The notes under the pieces were generated by a model. The model ran no database searches. It saw nothing but the letters and a program-made list of their open reading frames with translations, and was not told the origin of the DNA. Below, in pieces: positions 51,848 to 64,000 of a DNA stretch of 64,000 nucleotides. The stretch comes from Eledone cirrhosa. Lineage: Eukaryota. The stretch covers positions 312,728,001-312,792,000 of the forward strand of contig OZ024741.1 of NCBI GenBank assembly GCA_964016885.1, in the 5' to 3' direction. Numbering within the stretch: the first letter of the stretch is position 1; every line of letters begins with the position of its first letter. The translations under genes and the position numbers were made by a program.

Positions 51848-54800
51848 CAGTGGTCGCCAACATGGGTTCCGCGGAACCTTGGGGTTCCGTAAAACAAACT
51901 CCGGGTTCCTTTAAAAAATAAATATTTACATTACCATTAATATTTTGGGTTTTCTGAAAAAGGTGCAAAGAAAAGGGGCAATGTATAAATGAACAAGTAC
52001 TATTGTAGTGTAGACAGGTTCTCCACTCCAATTCGTGGAAAACACTACTTTCAGTTTCTCACTTGAATTAACAGAAAAACACTGTTCTGAGATTTGTGGA
52101 AATTGAATACTTTCAATTTCACATCAATTCTTGGAAAGACATAGTTTTCTGAATTCCGAGAATTTGACTACTACTGATAATACACTAATTGAACTTAGAA
52201 ATTGACCAATCACGAACAAGTAAATGTTGGTCGATGACAGCATAACTTTAAACTGAAAACTTCAGTTCAGCGAGGTCTCTCAGCCAAGAGACAGGGTCAG
52301 TTCGCTGTTCTCACAACGTAAGTTCAGTAGAATGTTTTCAATAGAGAACACGTTTTAATCTGCTGCCCTAACAAAAGCTTTGAAGTCGTCTCAAGTTTCC
52401 TCACTGAGTGAACTCGCTTACTAGTCGTTTTCAACATGCATCCAGTTCCACAGACAATTCTAAATAAGAACACGTTACATTCTGTTGTACTTTGCACAGA
52501 AAATATAACGCCTGTAAAGTTTCGACTACTAACAAAGGTAATTTTGTATTCCATGCAGACACTATAAACTTTGCCACACAATTATGTATTCATTTGATGG
52601 CATCTGCATTCACAATTGAGAAATTACTTTATACAATAAATATATATGTCCACAAACATTTGACTAAACTTTATTTGTTCCAATCTAATATATGTTTAAC
52701 GCAGCCTAAAGCCTTCTTATATTATATCTAACTTTCAGTCAAAATAGATAGAAGATATCTGAATTAATTTCCAATACCATCGTCACATCTACACTATCAG
52801 CTGATTTGCATTTTTTGTACCTTTTAGTATGGCGGATATTTATTATATTTACATTACCAATAATATTTTATACGACCCTAAAGTAGTATATGCAGGAAGT
52901 GCTGGACTCTGAAAAAAATTTCTTATAGTTGTTCATAAATTTGCACCTTTTTCAGTAACCCCTAATATTTTAATATTAATATAAGACTTTAAATAATATG
53001 TTTGCCATCCTAAAATGGAGAAATTTCAATTTTTTAAAATTAAAATATTTTTTTAACTAGTTAAGTTTTTCCAAATATCTAAAATTAAAGTTAATTTAAG
53101 TACTTTTTGTAATTAAAAAAACTGTTAATTTCTCTTGTTTATTAATGTCATATTAAAAATGTTAACTGTAGATAAATAACATTGATATGATGTCTACTGC
53201 AAAGAAGCTGAAGTTAGATACCAGCAGTAAGGTTAGACAGTGGTGTGATGATTATGTTAGATATGGATTTCAAAAAGCTGACACTAAAAAAGATACACGA
53301 GATCAGCCCATGTGTTTGCTATGTTCAAAAGTTCTATGAAATAGCTGTTTAAATCCTGCAAAACTTAAAAGACACATTGATACTAATCACACTAATGATA
53401 AAAACAAGTCACTGGAATACTTTACTTCGCTGAAAAACAACATTAAAAATTCACAAGCTAATATGTATGACTTGTTTTGTAAAAAGTCAGATAGAAATAA
53501 AGCTTTAACAAGAACATCTTTTGAGATTTCACATTTGATTGGTAAAAACAAGAAACCATTTACATTAGGAGAACAGTTAATTCTGCCAGAGAATCCTTCT
53601 TTTTGAAAGCTGCAGTATTAAGGACAAAGAAAAATTAAGCCAGTTATCATTGTCAGCAAATACCGTAAAAAGAGGGATAATTGATGTTTCTTCTGATATA
53701 GAAAATCAGATACTAACTGCACTAAAGAAAAGCCCATGTTTTGGACTGCAAGTGGACGAAACTACGAATATTGATAACAAGGCTCAATTAATTTGCTATG
53801 TACGGTTTGTAGACCTTGATAAAAAAGAATTAGTAGAAGAGTATTTGTTTTGTCTGGCATTAGACATCACAACTAAAGGTCAAGATATATTCAATAAAAT
53901 TGAAGAGTATTTTTTTTTAAATGGTGTATCTTGGAGCAAGTTGACTTCAATAACAACAGATGGAGCGGGCTGCAATGACTGGTAAAAATGCTGGTTTGAT
54001 TGCAAAAATTAAAGAACAGACCCCAAATTGTATTTCAAATCCTTGTATGATTCATCGAGAGGTTTTGTGTTAAAAAAAATTCAAAGACAGAGATGCTCAA
54101 ATATTAAATGACCAGCTGAAAGACATTGTCAAAATTATCAATTTGATCCATGCAAGAGCAAAAAATTCTAGAATGTTTGAATCTATTTGTGAATCTTCTG
54201 GAAGTAATTATAATAGATTGTTATTGAACAATGATGTGCGTTGGCTGCCTTTTGGGGATGCTATGAAGAGAGTTTTTGAACTGAGAGAAGATATAATAGT
54301 TTTTCTAAAAAAACAGAATGATGAAAGAGCAAGTGTATTAGAAACCAATGAATGGAATGTGCAACTCGCTTATTTAGTAGACATTTTTGGTGAACTGAAC
54401 AAACTAAATAAGTGTCTTCAGGGTAACAATGCATATATTTTTACTTCAATCAATTTTATTACATATTTTCAATTAAAATTAAACATCTTTATAAAAAGAA
54501 TTGAATCGGACAATTACTTTCAAACCTTGAACAAAGCTTAAAAAGAGAGAAAATGTTGACTCCAGCAATCTAAAGAAGATCATTCTTTCTCATTTAAATG
54601 TGCTTTCCACAGGTTTTTCAGATTATTTTGACTTGATGGAAAAAGATATTGCGAGCAGAAATTTATAGATAAAAATCCCGTTCACCGAGATCGAGCAGTT
54701 AGTGTCAGAAAATGACGCTGGAAATTGTAAAAATTTACTACCTGCCCAATGCTTACATCAGTTGATGGATTTGAATTCAAACGAAGACCTGAAAGTGATA

Positions 54801-55204
54801 TTCGAAAGCAGAAAGAAAGAACTATGGATTGACTTATTCTTGATTGGGGAGTTTAATGAAATCAGCCAACTTGCATTGAAGTATTTGACTTTATTCCCAT
54901 CTATTTGTGCGAAAAATGGTTTTCGCAGTTGGTGGAAATCTGCACAAAGAAGAGGAATAAACTGTCAGCAATTGACGAGTGTATGAGACTGGCATTACCT
55001 AGTGTTGAACCTCGATTTTCTAAACACACTGATGAGGCGCAGCAGCAGAAAAGCCATTGTGTTCGATTACATACAGACACATGAAACACTAAAATAAATA
55101 AATACTTTATTATTTTTTTTGAAAGGTTTTGTACTGTATAGGTTCCGTGAAGAATTCAAAATATTTAGTGGGTTCCTCTGTTTTAGAAAGGTTGGCGACC
55201 ACTG
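51848..55204 (+). mobile_element. hAT DNA transposon, Buster/Charlie type, complete (3357 bp)
   Basis: Perfect 14-bp TIRs CAGTGGTCGCCAAC / GTTGGCGACCACTG. 8-bp TSD ATCTAGAT at 51840-51847 and 55205-55212 (nnnTAnnn). Subterminal GGTTCC repeats at both ends. Confidence 0.97.
53187..55065 (+). pseudogene. hAT (ZBED5/Buster-like) transposase, disrupted
   Basis: BED finger (RQWCDDYVRYGF..CLLC..KLKRHIDTNH), LQVDETT, TTDGA, CMIHRE, VRWL, LAYLVDIF, C-terminal CE..FS motif. Multiple stops and frameshifts; end coordinate approximate. Confidence 0.9.
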
Positions 55205-58200
55205 ATCTAGATCATATATAGACAGGATCTTCATTGGGAAAATATATAGAAATAGTGTAGGCTGCCCACTTTTTAAAACGGTCGCCTATTCAGATTACAA
55301 ATTTGTGATCTGTATGGTCGACCTAGATAAAACGCGTAGGTTGGGACCGGGTTACTGGAAGCTGAACATGCCATTTCCGGCACGTAATGCTTACAGGGAC
55401 CGAGTCAACAGTTTAGTTAATCAAAAGTTGAGAGGGGAGATCATCAACAACAGAGGGTGGGGGCTCTCAAAAGAGAGATTAGAGTAACTTCGATAGAGTT
55501 CAGTAAAGAACTAGCGTTAGAGAAAAATAGAAAGGAGTGGAAGCTGGTAGATAAGTTAGACGAGGCTATTTGTAGTGGCATTGCAACTGACGTGCTAGCG
55601 GCGAGAATGGCATTAGACAATTTCTTCAATGCGAAACACGAAGGTTGTATTGTCAGAGCTAAGGCGCGTACGCTGAGAAACGAGGGAACCAAGGTTGTTC
55701 GATGGGCCCGCGTGGCGGAGGCGCACCGTGGTAATAAAACCAAAATTCGGTCTTTGGCGGTCCGAGACGGACACGAGATAAGCGATTCCAAGCGGATGTG
55801 TGAGGCCTTTCGCCAGCACTTTTCTCGGTTGTTCGGGGAGAGTGACGGGTCAGAGAGAGTAGCGGATTTCAGTCCCTACCCTGACGGCTTGCCGCGCATC
55901 TCGACGGTCGACGCTGAGCACTGCGAAAGGCCAATTACTTCAGCCGAAATTCAGGACGCACTTGTCGGCTGCATGAGGTGCAATTCATCCGGTTTGGATG
56001 GCCTGCCCTACGAGTTTTACGTAAATATGCCAGACTTGTTCTCCGATCTCCTCGAAGCGCTCTACTGCAAATGGCAGCAGAATGGGAGTATTCCCATTTC
56101 TGCGAGAAGGGGAATGGTGACGCTGATAAGTAAAGACGACAACAGGAGGGATACATTAGACAACTTCAGGCCCATAACTCTGCTCAACCCAGAGTTTAAG
56201 ATTTTGGCCAAGGTGTTAACAAAGAGATTGTCGTCGAGGATTTGGTTGGGAAGGCGCAAAATTGCGCAATCCGAGCCAGGTCCATACACGACAATCTCCA
56301 CCTCATGCGATACATCATAGAGAGGGTAGAGTGTAAACCTGGGTTCGGTGGGGCACTGATCAATTTAGATCAATCAAAAGCATTCGATAGGGTCGACCAT
56401 CGGTATCTGGAGGCTGTCCTCAAAGCGTCTGGCTTCGGCCCTATCTTCAGAAGCTGGATCGCTGCAATGGACAGCGGCACATACTCGGTGGTCAAGGTTA
56501 ATGGCCACCTCCCGGAACAATTTCCGCACTCCCGATCGGTCCGTCAAGAGTGCCCTCTCTCTTCCCTTCTGTACTGATTGACTGTCGAACCTTTACTGCG
56601 GAATCTGGAGCTGTTGCAGGGCATCCCGCTCGAACCGGGACGTGGAAGGCCTGTGTCGGCTTATGCGGACGACATCACCATGATGGTGTCGGACACCTAA
56701 GATATCGAGGTGGTCGGCAACTTATTGGAGGAATATGAACGGTCGACGGGAGCAAAACTTCACCCGGAAAAGTCGGTGGGCTTGCAACTCAGCACCTAGA
56801 GAGGCAAGTCCATGCCACCCAAAGGCATCGCTGGGCGCTGGACGGACGGACCGGTAAAGTTGCTCGTGGTTTGGTTCGGGCCAGACCTCCAGGTGGATAA
56901 GAATTGGGACGAGGTAACGAGCAGAGTAGCCAGTCTCATCAATAAATGGGCTGCGAGGAAGCTATCACTGAAAGGTCGCGCGGAGATGGCGAATGCGTAC
57001 ATCGCGTCCGTCATCTACTATCGCCTGACCATCGTGCCTTGACCCCGTCCACGCCTCTTCAAGTTGGAACGGCTCCTCTTCAAATTCTTTTGGAGGAGTC
57101 AATTCCGTTGGTGAGGCGGTCCATCTGCTGTCAGCACCCTATACGCGGAGGGCTGGGCATGCCAAGGCTAATGATGCGCAGACATGCGCTGAGGCTGCGA
57201 CATCTACAGATATTCTGCCTAAACTGTGAACGGGTGTGGTCGACGTTTATCAGACGGGCCTTTCCGTAGCTCGTTTCTTTGACTGAACTGCAGTCCTGTG
57301 TCAAGAAGAGACCGAGACTGGGTGAGTGGCACCTGGAATGTTGCCAGGCACTCACTGCCCTCTACCAAGCGGGCAATGCGATCAGTGGAACTTCTACTCT
57401 CGAGTTCTATAGAGGATTAGTAGTGGGAAAAGTGCGATGAACCACTCGGAGAAGCTTTGGGCCTCGACGAAGTCGAACTGACCAGTCTGTACCGGAGGAC
57501 TTTCGAGCCGGGGACGATGGACAATTTCCAGAAATCCCTCGCTTGGCAGTGCTACCGAGGGGTGGGGGGCACTGCCGGTTCGGTATAAACTCTACAGGCA
57601 CGGAAGTCCTGTCAGACGCATCTGCCCAAGATGCGCACAGAGCGACGAAACCGTTCTGCACGCACTTGTCCAAAGTCCGTGCATTACTGACTTGTGGATT
57701 TATGTCGAACAGCTACTGTCGCGTGTGGAACGGATCCGGCTATCGACCGAGTCCATAGTGAAGATCAACTCGCCACCTTCCTTAGGTCAGGAACAGCAGG
57801 CATATTCCTCAGTCTGGTGGCCGTTGCGAAAGATGTTATATGGTGGACCAGATTGAAAGGACTAAAGACAGACACTTTTCTCTTCGGCCAATCCCTCATC
57901 AACTTCTTCAAGTTTCACCTGGAAAGGAAGGTGAAGGTGGAGAGAGATGTGCTGCCCCCCATTACATTTGCTAAAAGGTGGATGAATGTGGCGAGAATGG
58001 CACGTGTGAATGGGCCTACTCTGACCATGCGTCTATAGGCTAGCTAACTTGAGGAGAGGGGTGCTCTCCCTGGGTGCACTAGAAGCGCAGGGTGGTTCAG
58101 GATTGGTGGGGTACCTAAGTCACCCCTGGGTCGTCCACCCCCTATAGGAGAATTTATTTTGTTATATTTATGCATAGTTTATTTTATATTTTTTTATATC

Positions 58201-58351
58201 TTCATTGTTGAATTGGTCTTGCCATTCTGCACTTTTACTCGACCTTATTGTAAACCCCCACGGTCCCTGTCTTTGTATTGTCCCTAGATGTCGGCCCTTG
58301 TGGCCAATAAATGAAAACATTATTATTATTATTATTAATATTATTATTATT

Positions 58352-61300
58352 GTTTTTATTTTCTCTCATTATTATTTCTGAGATATATGCCGAGTGTCTT
58401 CCCGACACCTAGAGCAAATAAATTCACAGTGTAAGCCAATTAATACATCACATTGATTATAATTAATGAAAAAAACAAAACACAAAAAAAAACAGTATAC
58501 ATATATACTCATGTGCATATGCATATGTAAATACAAGGAGGGATATCAATCTTACAGAGATCGTGTTCTTCTCAATACGTGTGCAGTCCCAGTCAAAACA
58601 ATTTTTTGCACCTCGTGCAGAGAGGGCAAACCAGGAATCATTCGCAAATATTGTTCTGTTCCTTTCTTGATCATACCCAGTCCTCTCACAATCACTGGTA
58701 TTGTAACGGTCTTGAGGTGCCACATTTTCTCAATTTCAATAAGCAGATCTTTATATTTTCGTAGCTTGTCAAACTCTTATGCCGCGATATTGTGATCACA
58801 TGGGATGTTATAGCTATCAACAAACACACATTGTTATGTTGATCTTTTATAATGATGTCAGCTCTATTTGCTTTTATGGTCCTGTCAGTATGTACAGGAA
58901 AGTCCAAGAGAATTGTTACTTTTTCTCCTTCAGTTACAGCCTCAGGGTAATGGTTGTACCACTTGTTTTCAGCTTTGATTTTGTAATGCCGACATATTAC
59001 CCAGTGTAGATATTGGCCAACTCTGTCATGTCTATATTTGTATTCTACTGGTGCTAAAACATTACATCCAGAGACTAAGTGATCTACTGTTTCAACCCCA
59101 GCATTGCAGAATCGGCACTTTGGGTTTATTCCGTTTCTCATCACACTGGCCTGGTAATTACGAGTCAATAAGCTTTGATATTGGGCAGCTAAGATGAAGC
59201 CTTCACTCTCCGCCTTTAGCCCTAAACTACGAAGCCACTGATGGGTGTGCATTTGGTCAACATCAGCTTGTTTGCTACGGGCCACATATTTGCCATGCAG
59301 AGGTTTCTGCTCCTAATTTGATGCTAATTGTCTTTGCCCTTTTGCTTTTGCCAGTCATTTTATGTACCTAGCAGCATCAGTTGCATCAGTTTCTTTAGTC
59401 TGTCCAGCCTGGGTATCAAGCATGAGATCAGTAGCACATTTGTTGCTCTCCTTCAAGATAGAATGAAGCTTATTACTTCTCTCATGCTTTTCAACAAGTT
59501 TCAGCATACAGTCGTTAGTTGTTTCAAGTTATTTGGCCAGTCCAATGATGGTGGTCTTGTAAGCAAGTTCAAATTGGATCAGGCCACGGCCTCCATGAGT
59601 TCTAGGAAGGTAAAGACGATCCACATCTGCTTTTGGGTGGTGCATCCTATTACAGGTCAGTAGCTTACGGACTTTGGTGTCAATTCTTTTTATTTCACTC
59701 ATATTCCATTTCAACACACCGAAGCTATAAGTGACAACTGGGACTGCCAAGGAATTTATGGCTAGGATCTTGTTACGAGCGTTTAGTTCTGATCTCAGAA
59801 CTGCACGTACTCTCCTGTAACATTCTTTCCGTATCCTCTCTTTCATACTTGCATGCTGTATGCCAGAGCCTTCATTAATCCCTAAGTATTTATAGGTTTT
59901 TTCCTGCTCAAGTTCCTTAATGATTGTCTCAGCATCCAATTCAACTGTGTCTGAGTTGACAAGCTTTCCCTTCTTGAAAGTGGCTTTCGCACACTTGTCA
60001 AGTCCAAACTCCATCCTGATGTTATCGCTAAATGTTTTAACTGTCCGCAAAATGACTTCCAGTCGTCATTATCTTTGCAATATAGCTTCAAATCATCCAT
60101 ATAAAATAATTGACTTATTTTTTTGGTGTCAATTCTATAACCTACCCCGTTCTATTAAGCTCGGATGTAAGGGGTATTAAAGCTATGCAGAAAAGCAAGG
60201 GTGAAAGTGAGTCACGCTGGAATATACGACAGTTGATGTTTATATTCCTAGAGCACAGTACCCCAGTGGAATGAGACAATTGGAGATTTGTGTTCCATAA
60301 TGACATATTGTGCTGCAGGAAGTTTGAGATCACAGGTGAGATTTTGAAGTTGTCCAGTGATTTCAGAATCCATGCGTGTGGTATGCTGTCAAAGGCTTTT
60401 TTATAATCGATCCATGCAGAACTGATATTTCTGTGTTTATTATCACAGCTCTCAAGGATCATACGATTAATCAAAAGTTGATCTTTGCAACCATATGTAC
60501 CTCGTCGTCACCCTTTTTGTTCAATGGGGAAAATGATTGTTCTCCAAAAACACGTATGCTTTTTCCACGAGAAGAGAGGTTAATAGTTTATAAGTGGTGG
60601 ACAAGCATGTTATGGGCCGATAGTTTTTTGGATATTTGGTTTCGTTGTTCTTTGGTAGAAGGTAGGTAATGCCACTTGCTATCCAATCAGGTCTATTTTT
60701 TGGATCTTTCATAATTCCATTAAACAGCTTGACCAATATATTGTGAGTGCACGGGAGTGAGGAAAGCCTGAAATTTGGCACCCTGTTGCTATCAGGATAT
60801 TTCCATTTATGAGATTTATTGAGTGCTGTCCTTAAGTCCGCTATAGAGATGTCTTCCCACGCCTGTTCTTCTAAATTTGTGTAGGATTTTTCCAGGCGAC
60901 TAATCAGATTCTACATTAGTATTATATGTCTTCTCATCACTCCAAATCTTGCTCCAGAAGTTTTCAACTTCTTCCCTACTTCTCTATAAAATGACTTGGC
61001 ATTGGATGAGAACAACTTATTTGGCCTGTAGAAGTTGTTTCGCTTCTCTAATCTACGAATTCGTTGGGCTTTTACTTGGACTTTTTGTTTCAGAGATTAT
61101 TTTGTTGAAACTATTGCTTCTCTAGAAGATAGTCCATATTTTCTCTGTAGCTTTCTTACCTTATTGGATCTTATATCATTTCCAGTGGTTAACTCGCCCA
61201 ATAAAGATATTTCTTCTCTCATTACGTCAATTTCCTTTTCGATTCTACTCCTCCAATTTGGTTTACCTCGAATGTTCGACATTTTTTGGGTTTTTTTGGT

Positions 61301-62278
61301 GGTAAACAACTTGTTTCAATTACTCTAGCAGATGCATAAATGATTTCATTTAGCTCAGTAAGATCAGGTTCTAATTCTTCTATGATTTCTTTTGTCATAT
61401 AATTACCAATCATTATTTGTTTTCTATTTTGGATTGTATTTGGGAGTTTTTGAAGTGGTTCTCTATCATTTATATTAGAACGTCTTACTACTGCAAGCTC
61501 ATTCAGTATTTTTTGCTTTAATTCCTTCATAGTCTCCCTGTGTTCTTCAGCAGATGTTTGGTTTTCAATTACTGTTTCTAAGTCCCTCTCCTGGCTATTT
61601 TCAGCAGGTTCAATAGAGCTTCTCATTTCTACAAACCTATTTGTGATTTGGTCAGATGGAGGTCTTTCAGTAAAGACTTGTGACTGGTTACTATCTCCAG
61701 GAGATTCTTCAGTTCTTTCATCATTTATATTTATGTCATTCTCCATAGCCTGCTTGATAGCAGTTAGTTCAGTCTCTGTGAGTCTATTATTTCTGAAGAT
61801 ATACCTCCTTACATTTGCCAACTTATTTCCCTCCATATCACGTCTGCTAGCCTGATTCCGAGTTTTCCAGCTTTTGTAAGTGTGTCTGTCTTGTGATGGC
61901 TTACCTAATGCATAGTAATATGCATATATTACTCCTTTATACTCTTCTCGGGTCCATTTCATCCTTTTAGCTTTTTCTCTTTGGGGTAGTTTCGGTGGTG
62001 GATCTGGAGGGCTCGAGTTGGGGCAATCCCCGATCAAGTGACCATCCAGGTCCATAATTGGAGAAGAGTTTGTGCCAAAGAAGGACTTTTCGATCTCAGG
62101 TTGGCACCTTCCTGAGGGACGCGCTTCCTGATTAACCATAGGAAAAGCGACATGGTATTGTGTATTAATTTTTATTTGTTCATCTCGCAGTACATGCTTG
62201 CGTTATACATGGTATTGGACGTACATGGAAAGTTGCCCGGCTCTTTGGGTCGTGCATTTGCTGGCTGGCACTGAGATC
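58352..62278 (-). mobile_element. R4/Dong-like family C, apparently full-length, degenerate
   Basis: ATG at 62139, Myb-like KRMKWTREEYKGVIYAYY, RT (WIDYKKAFDSIPH, YMDDLKL), CRFC..HLVSGC, ANRADIIIKD RLE. TTA remnants at both ends. Confidence 0.9.
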
Positions 62279-63524
62279 ATTATTACTATTATATCAGTAT
62301 AGTTATGGTCATTGCTGTTGTTGATTGAGGTGATATTGTTATGGTTGCAGCTGTAAGAGGTGTACGAGAATTTTCTCAACTGTTCTTGTGGTTTGAGTGG
62401 TATTGGTGGTGATAGCAGGGAGATTAAAGCTGGGGTTGGGGTCCTGGGAGTGGTGGTGGGTAGGGTGACATTGTAGTTTATAGAGTTTGCTTCTCCGGTG
62501 TTATTTTCTCTCTATTTTGAGTTTGAGGTGTAAATGGGGGGGGGGGGGCTAGTATTCTTTTTTTCTTCCCCTTTGTTCTGTCCTTTGTGTGGGCTCCATA
62601 CAATATATAAATATACATTCACACGTGCATACTTATACACACGTATGTATATGCACACATATATATATACCCACACATTAGACACTGAGAAGGGAGGTAG
62701 GTAGCAGTCAGTGACAGTAGTCTAAAAATAGATTGGGGATTTACTGGTGTGAATGTGTCAGGAAGTGGTTGTGAATGTGGTGGTGGGAGAGAGAAGTGAT
62801 CGTTCAACTGTCCATTTTCCTTTCAAAATCTGAAATTTAGCCACAATAGACCGAAATGTGAAAAAAAAAAAATTGTATTGGGGAAATATTTAAAAATATT
62901 CCACATCTTCAGCCACAAGGATGATTGTATAATAATTAGTCGGATTTTTTTTATTAAACAGAACTTATCCCCGATATAAACTGTGTTTTCCGGTCTATGT
63001 CTGTTTATTTTCTTCAAATAATATGTAAACAGCGATTGTAATGGGTAAATATATAAAAATATTTATACAGTTCTCACAACTAGCGTCGTAGAGAAGTGTT
63101 GAAATAATTTGTCGGGTTTTCGTGTTAGGGAATACCACATTAAACAAAACTTACTCCCCTAAATAGGCACGACTGTTTCTCTTCTTCAAATAGTTTTTGA
63201 GCGAACGTCTGTATATCTGCATGTTTGTTTTGTGTACATTTTTCGTTGTTTATAATACATGTATATGTAATATAATAAATAGAGTTTGTTACTTACATAT
63301 ATCGTTTTCTATTTGTTTTGATTTAAAATTATGAGTAGTGGTGCGGCTGATATTCAGTTTCTTTATTTACACACGATCCGTGTACAACATTTATTTTTTG
63401 TAGATTTCTTTGGTTATGTTTCCACTTCGTTTTCTTAGTGTTTTTATTATTGATTTGTCGATGGTGTTCGATTTATTTCAAATCTTGTGGGGAGCTTCGT
63501 TATGGGCGTCCATGATGGGCGTCC

Positions 63525-64000
63525 TCAGTCCGCCAGAGTTGTCGCCTCTCGTCCCTCTTGTACGTTTTGGCTCTCCAGCCGTTACTGCACAAACTGGGGG
63601 CGATGAGGGGCGTCCCACGCGAACTAGGATGCGGGAAATCCGAGTCAGCTTACGCCGACGGCGTCACCGTGGTGGTGTCGAGCACCAGACACGTCCAGAT
63701 GCTCAGCACCGCTCTCAAGGAATACGAAGCGGTGACAGGAGCAAAGATAAACCAGGAAAAGTCGGCGGGCTTGCAGCTCGGCACCTGCAAAGGCATGTCC
63801 ATGCCACCCCAGAGTGTCGTGGGTCGTTGGACTGACGGACCGGTTAAATTGCTCGGGTTCTGGTTCGGACCGGACCTCCAGATGGAGAAAAACTGGAACG
63901 ATACCGCCTAACCGTCGTCTCTTGCTCCGGCCCAACTCTCACCAAAATGGAGGGCCTCCTCTTCCGCTTTTTGTGGAAGGGACGCGCTCCCATGTTCAGA
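63525..64000 (+). mobile_element. Tx1-B ORF2 fragment (RT), running off the window
   Basis: YVLALQPLL..YADG..KINQEKS..KLLGFWFG, matching ~32230-32810. Confidence 0.88.

Larger units (their letters stand above)
49240..58320 (+). mobile_element. Tx1-D, full span, degenerate, interrupted by a hAT transposon
   Basis: ORF1 (TFAAAA, QFGTICVLF, CFVCGEATH), ORF2 from ATG 51296 with APE split at 51847/55205, RT (DQSKAFDRVDH, YADD), zf-RVT. Ends ggcccttgtggccaataaatgaaaac(ATT)n. Confidence 0.9.

Noticed and set aside
1455-62290. Telomere-maintaining retrotransposon array (HeT-A/TART or SART/TRAS-like)
   Set aside because: No TTAGGG/TTAGG repeats, and non-array DNA lies on both sides. The opposite-strand targeting is only analogous to SART/TRAS.
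62800-63520. AT-rich segment that may be a DNA-transposon remnant (also 5290-5640)
   Set aside because: No termini, TSD or recognisable protein motif could be established by eye.

Overview
AT-rich eukaryotic, almost entirely repeat-derived DNA with no recognisable host gene. The SINE resembles octopod SINEs as I recall them, so a cephalopod host is an inference. From ~1.45 kb to ~62.3 kb the window is one chain of non-LTR retrotransposons, mostly separated by (TAA)n/(TTA)n tracts. It holds three R4/Dong-like families (RT + CCHC + PD-(D/E)xK restriction-like endonuclease; Dong-A/B/C), four Tx1/L1-like families (ORF1 + APE-RT ORF2; Tx1-A/B/C/D) and a tRNA-headed SINE. Orientation follows the microsatellite strand: Dong elements end in (TAA)n, while Tx1 elements and the SINE end in (ATT)n, so the classes lie antiparallel. 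Array polarity flips at ~11.7 kb. A complete Buster-type hAT transposon (14-bp TIRs, TSD ATCTAGAT) sits in the Tx1-D endonuclease. Every element is frameshifted or truncated. Most novel signals: (1) a G|GTAAGT splice donor 37-40 nt upstream of the ORF2 ATG in all five ORF1-bearing Tx1 copies; (2) a chimeric Tx1 whose junction falls exactly on such a donor and a CAG, as if a spliced read-through RNA had retrotransposed; (3) a covarying 3' UTR stem-loop shared by the three Dong families; (4) evidence that the SINE is a Tx1 partner rather than a Dong partner. Family names are my own labels and element boundaries were read by eye.
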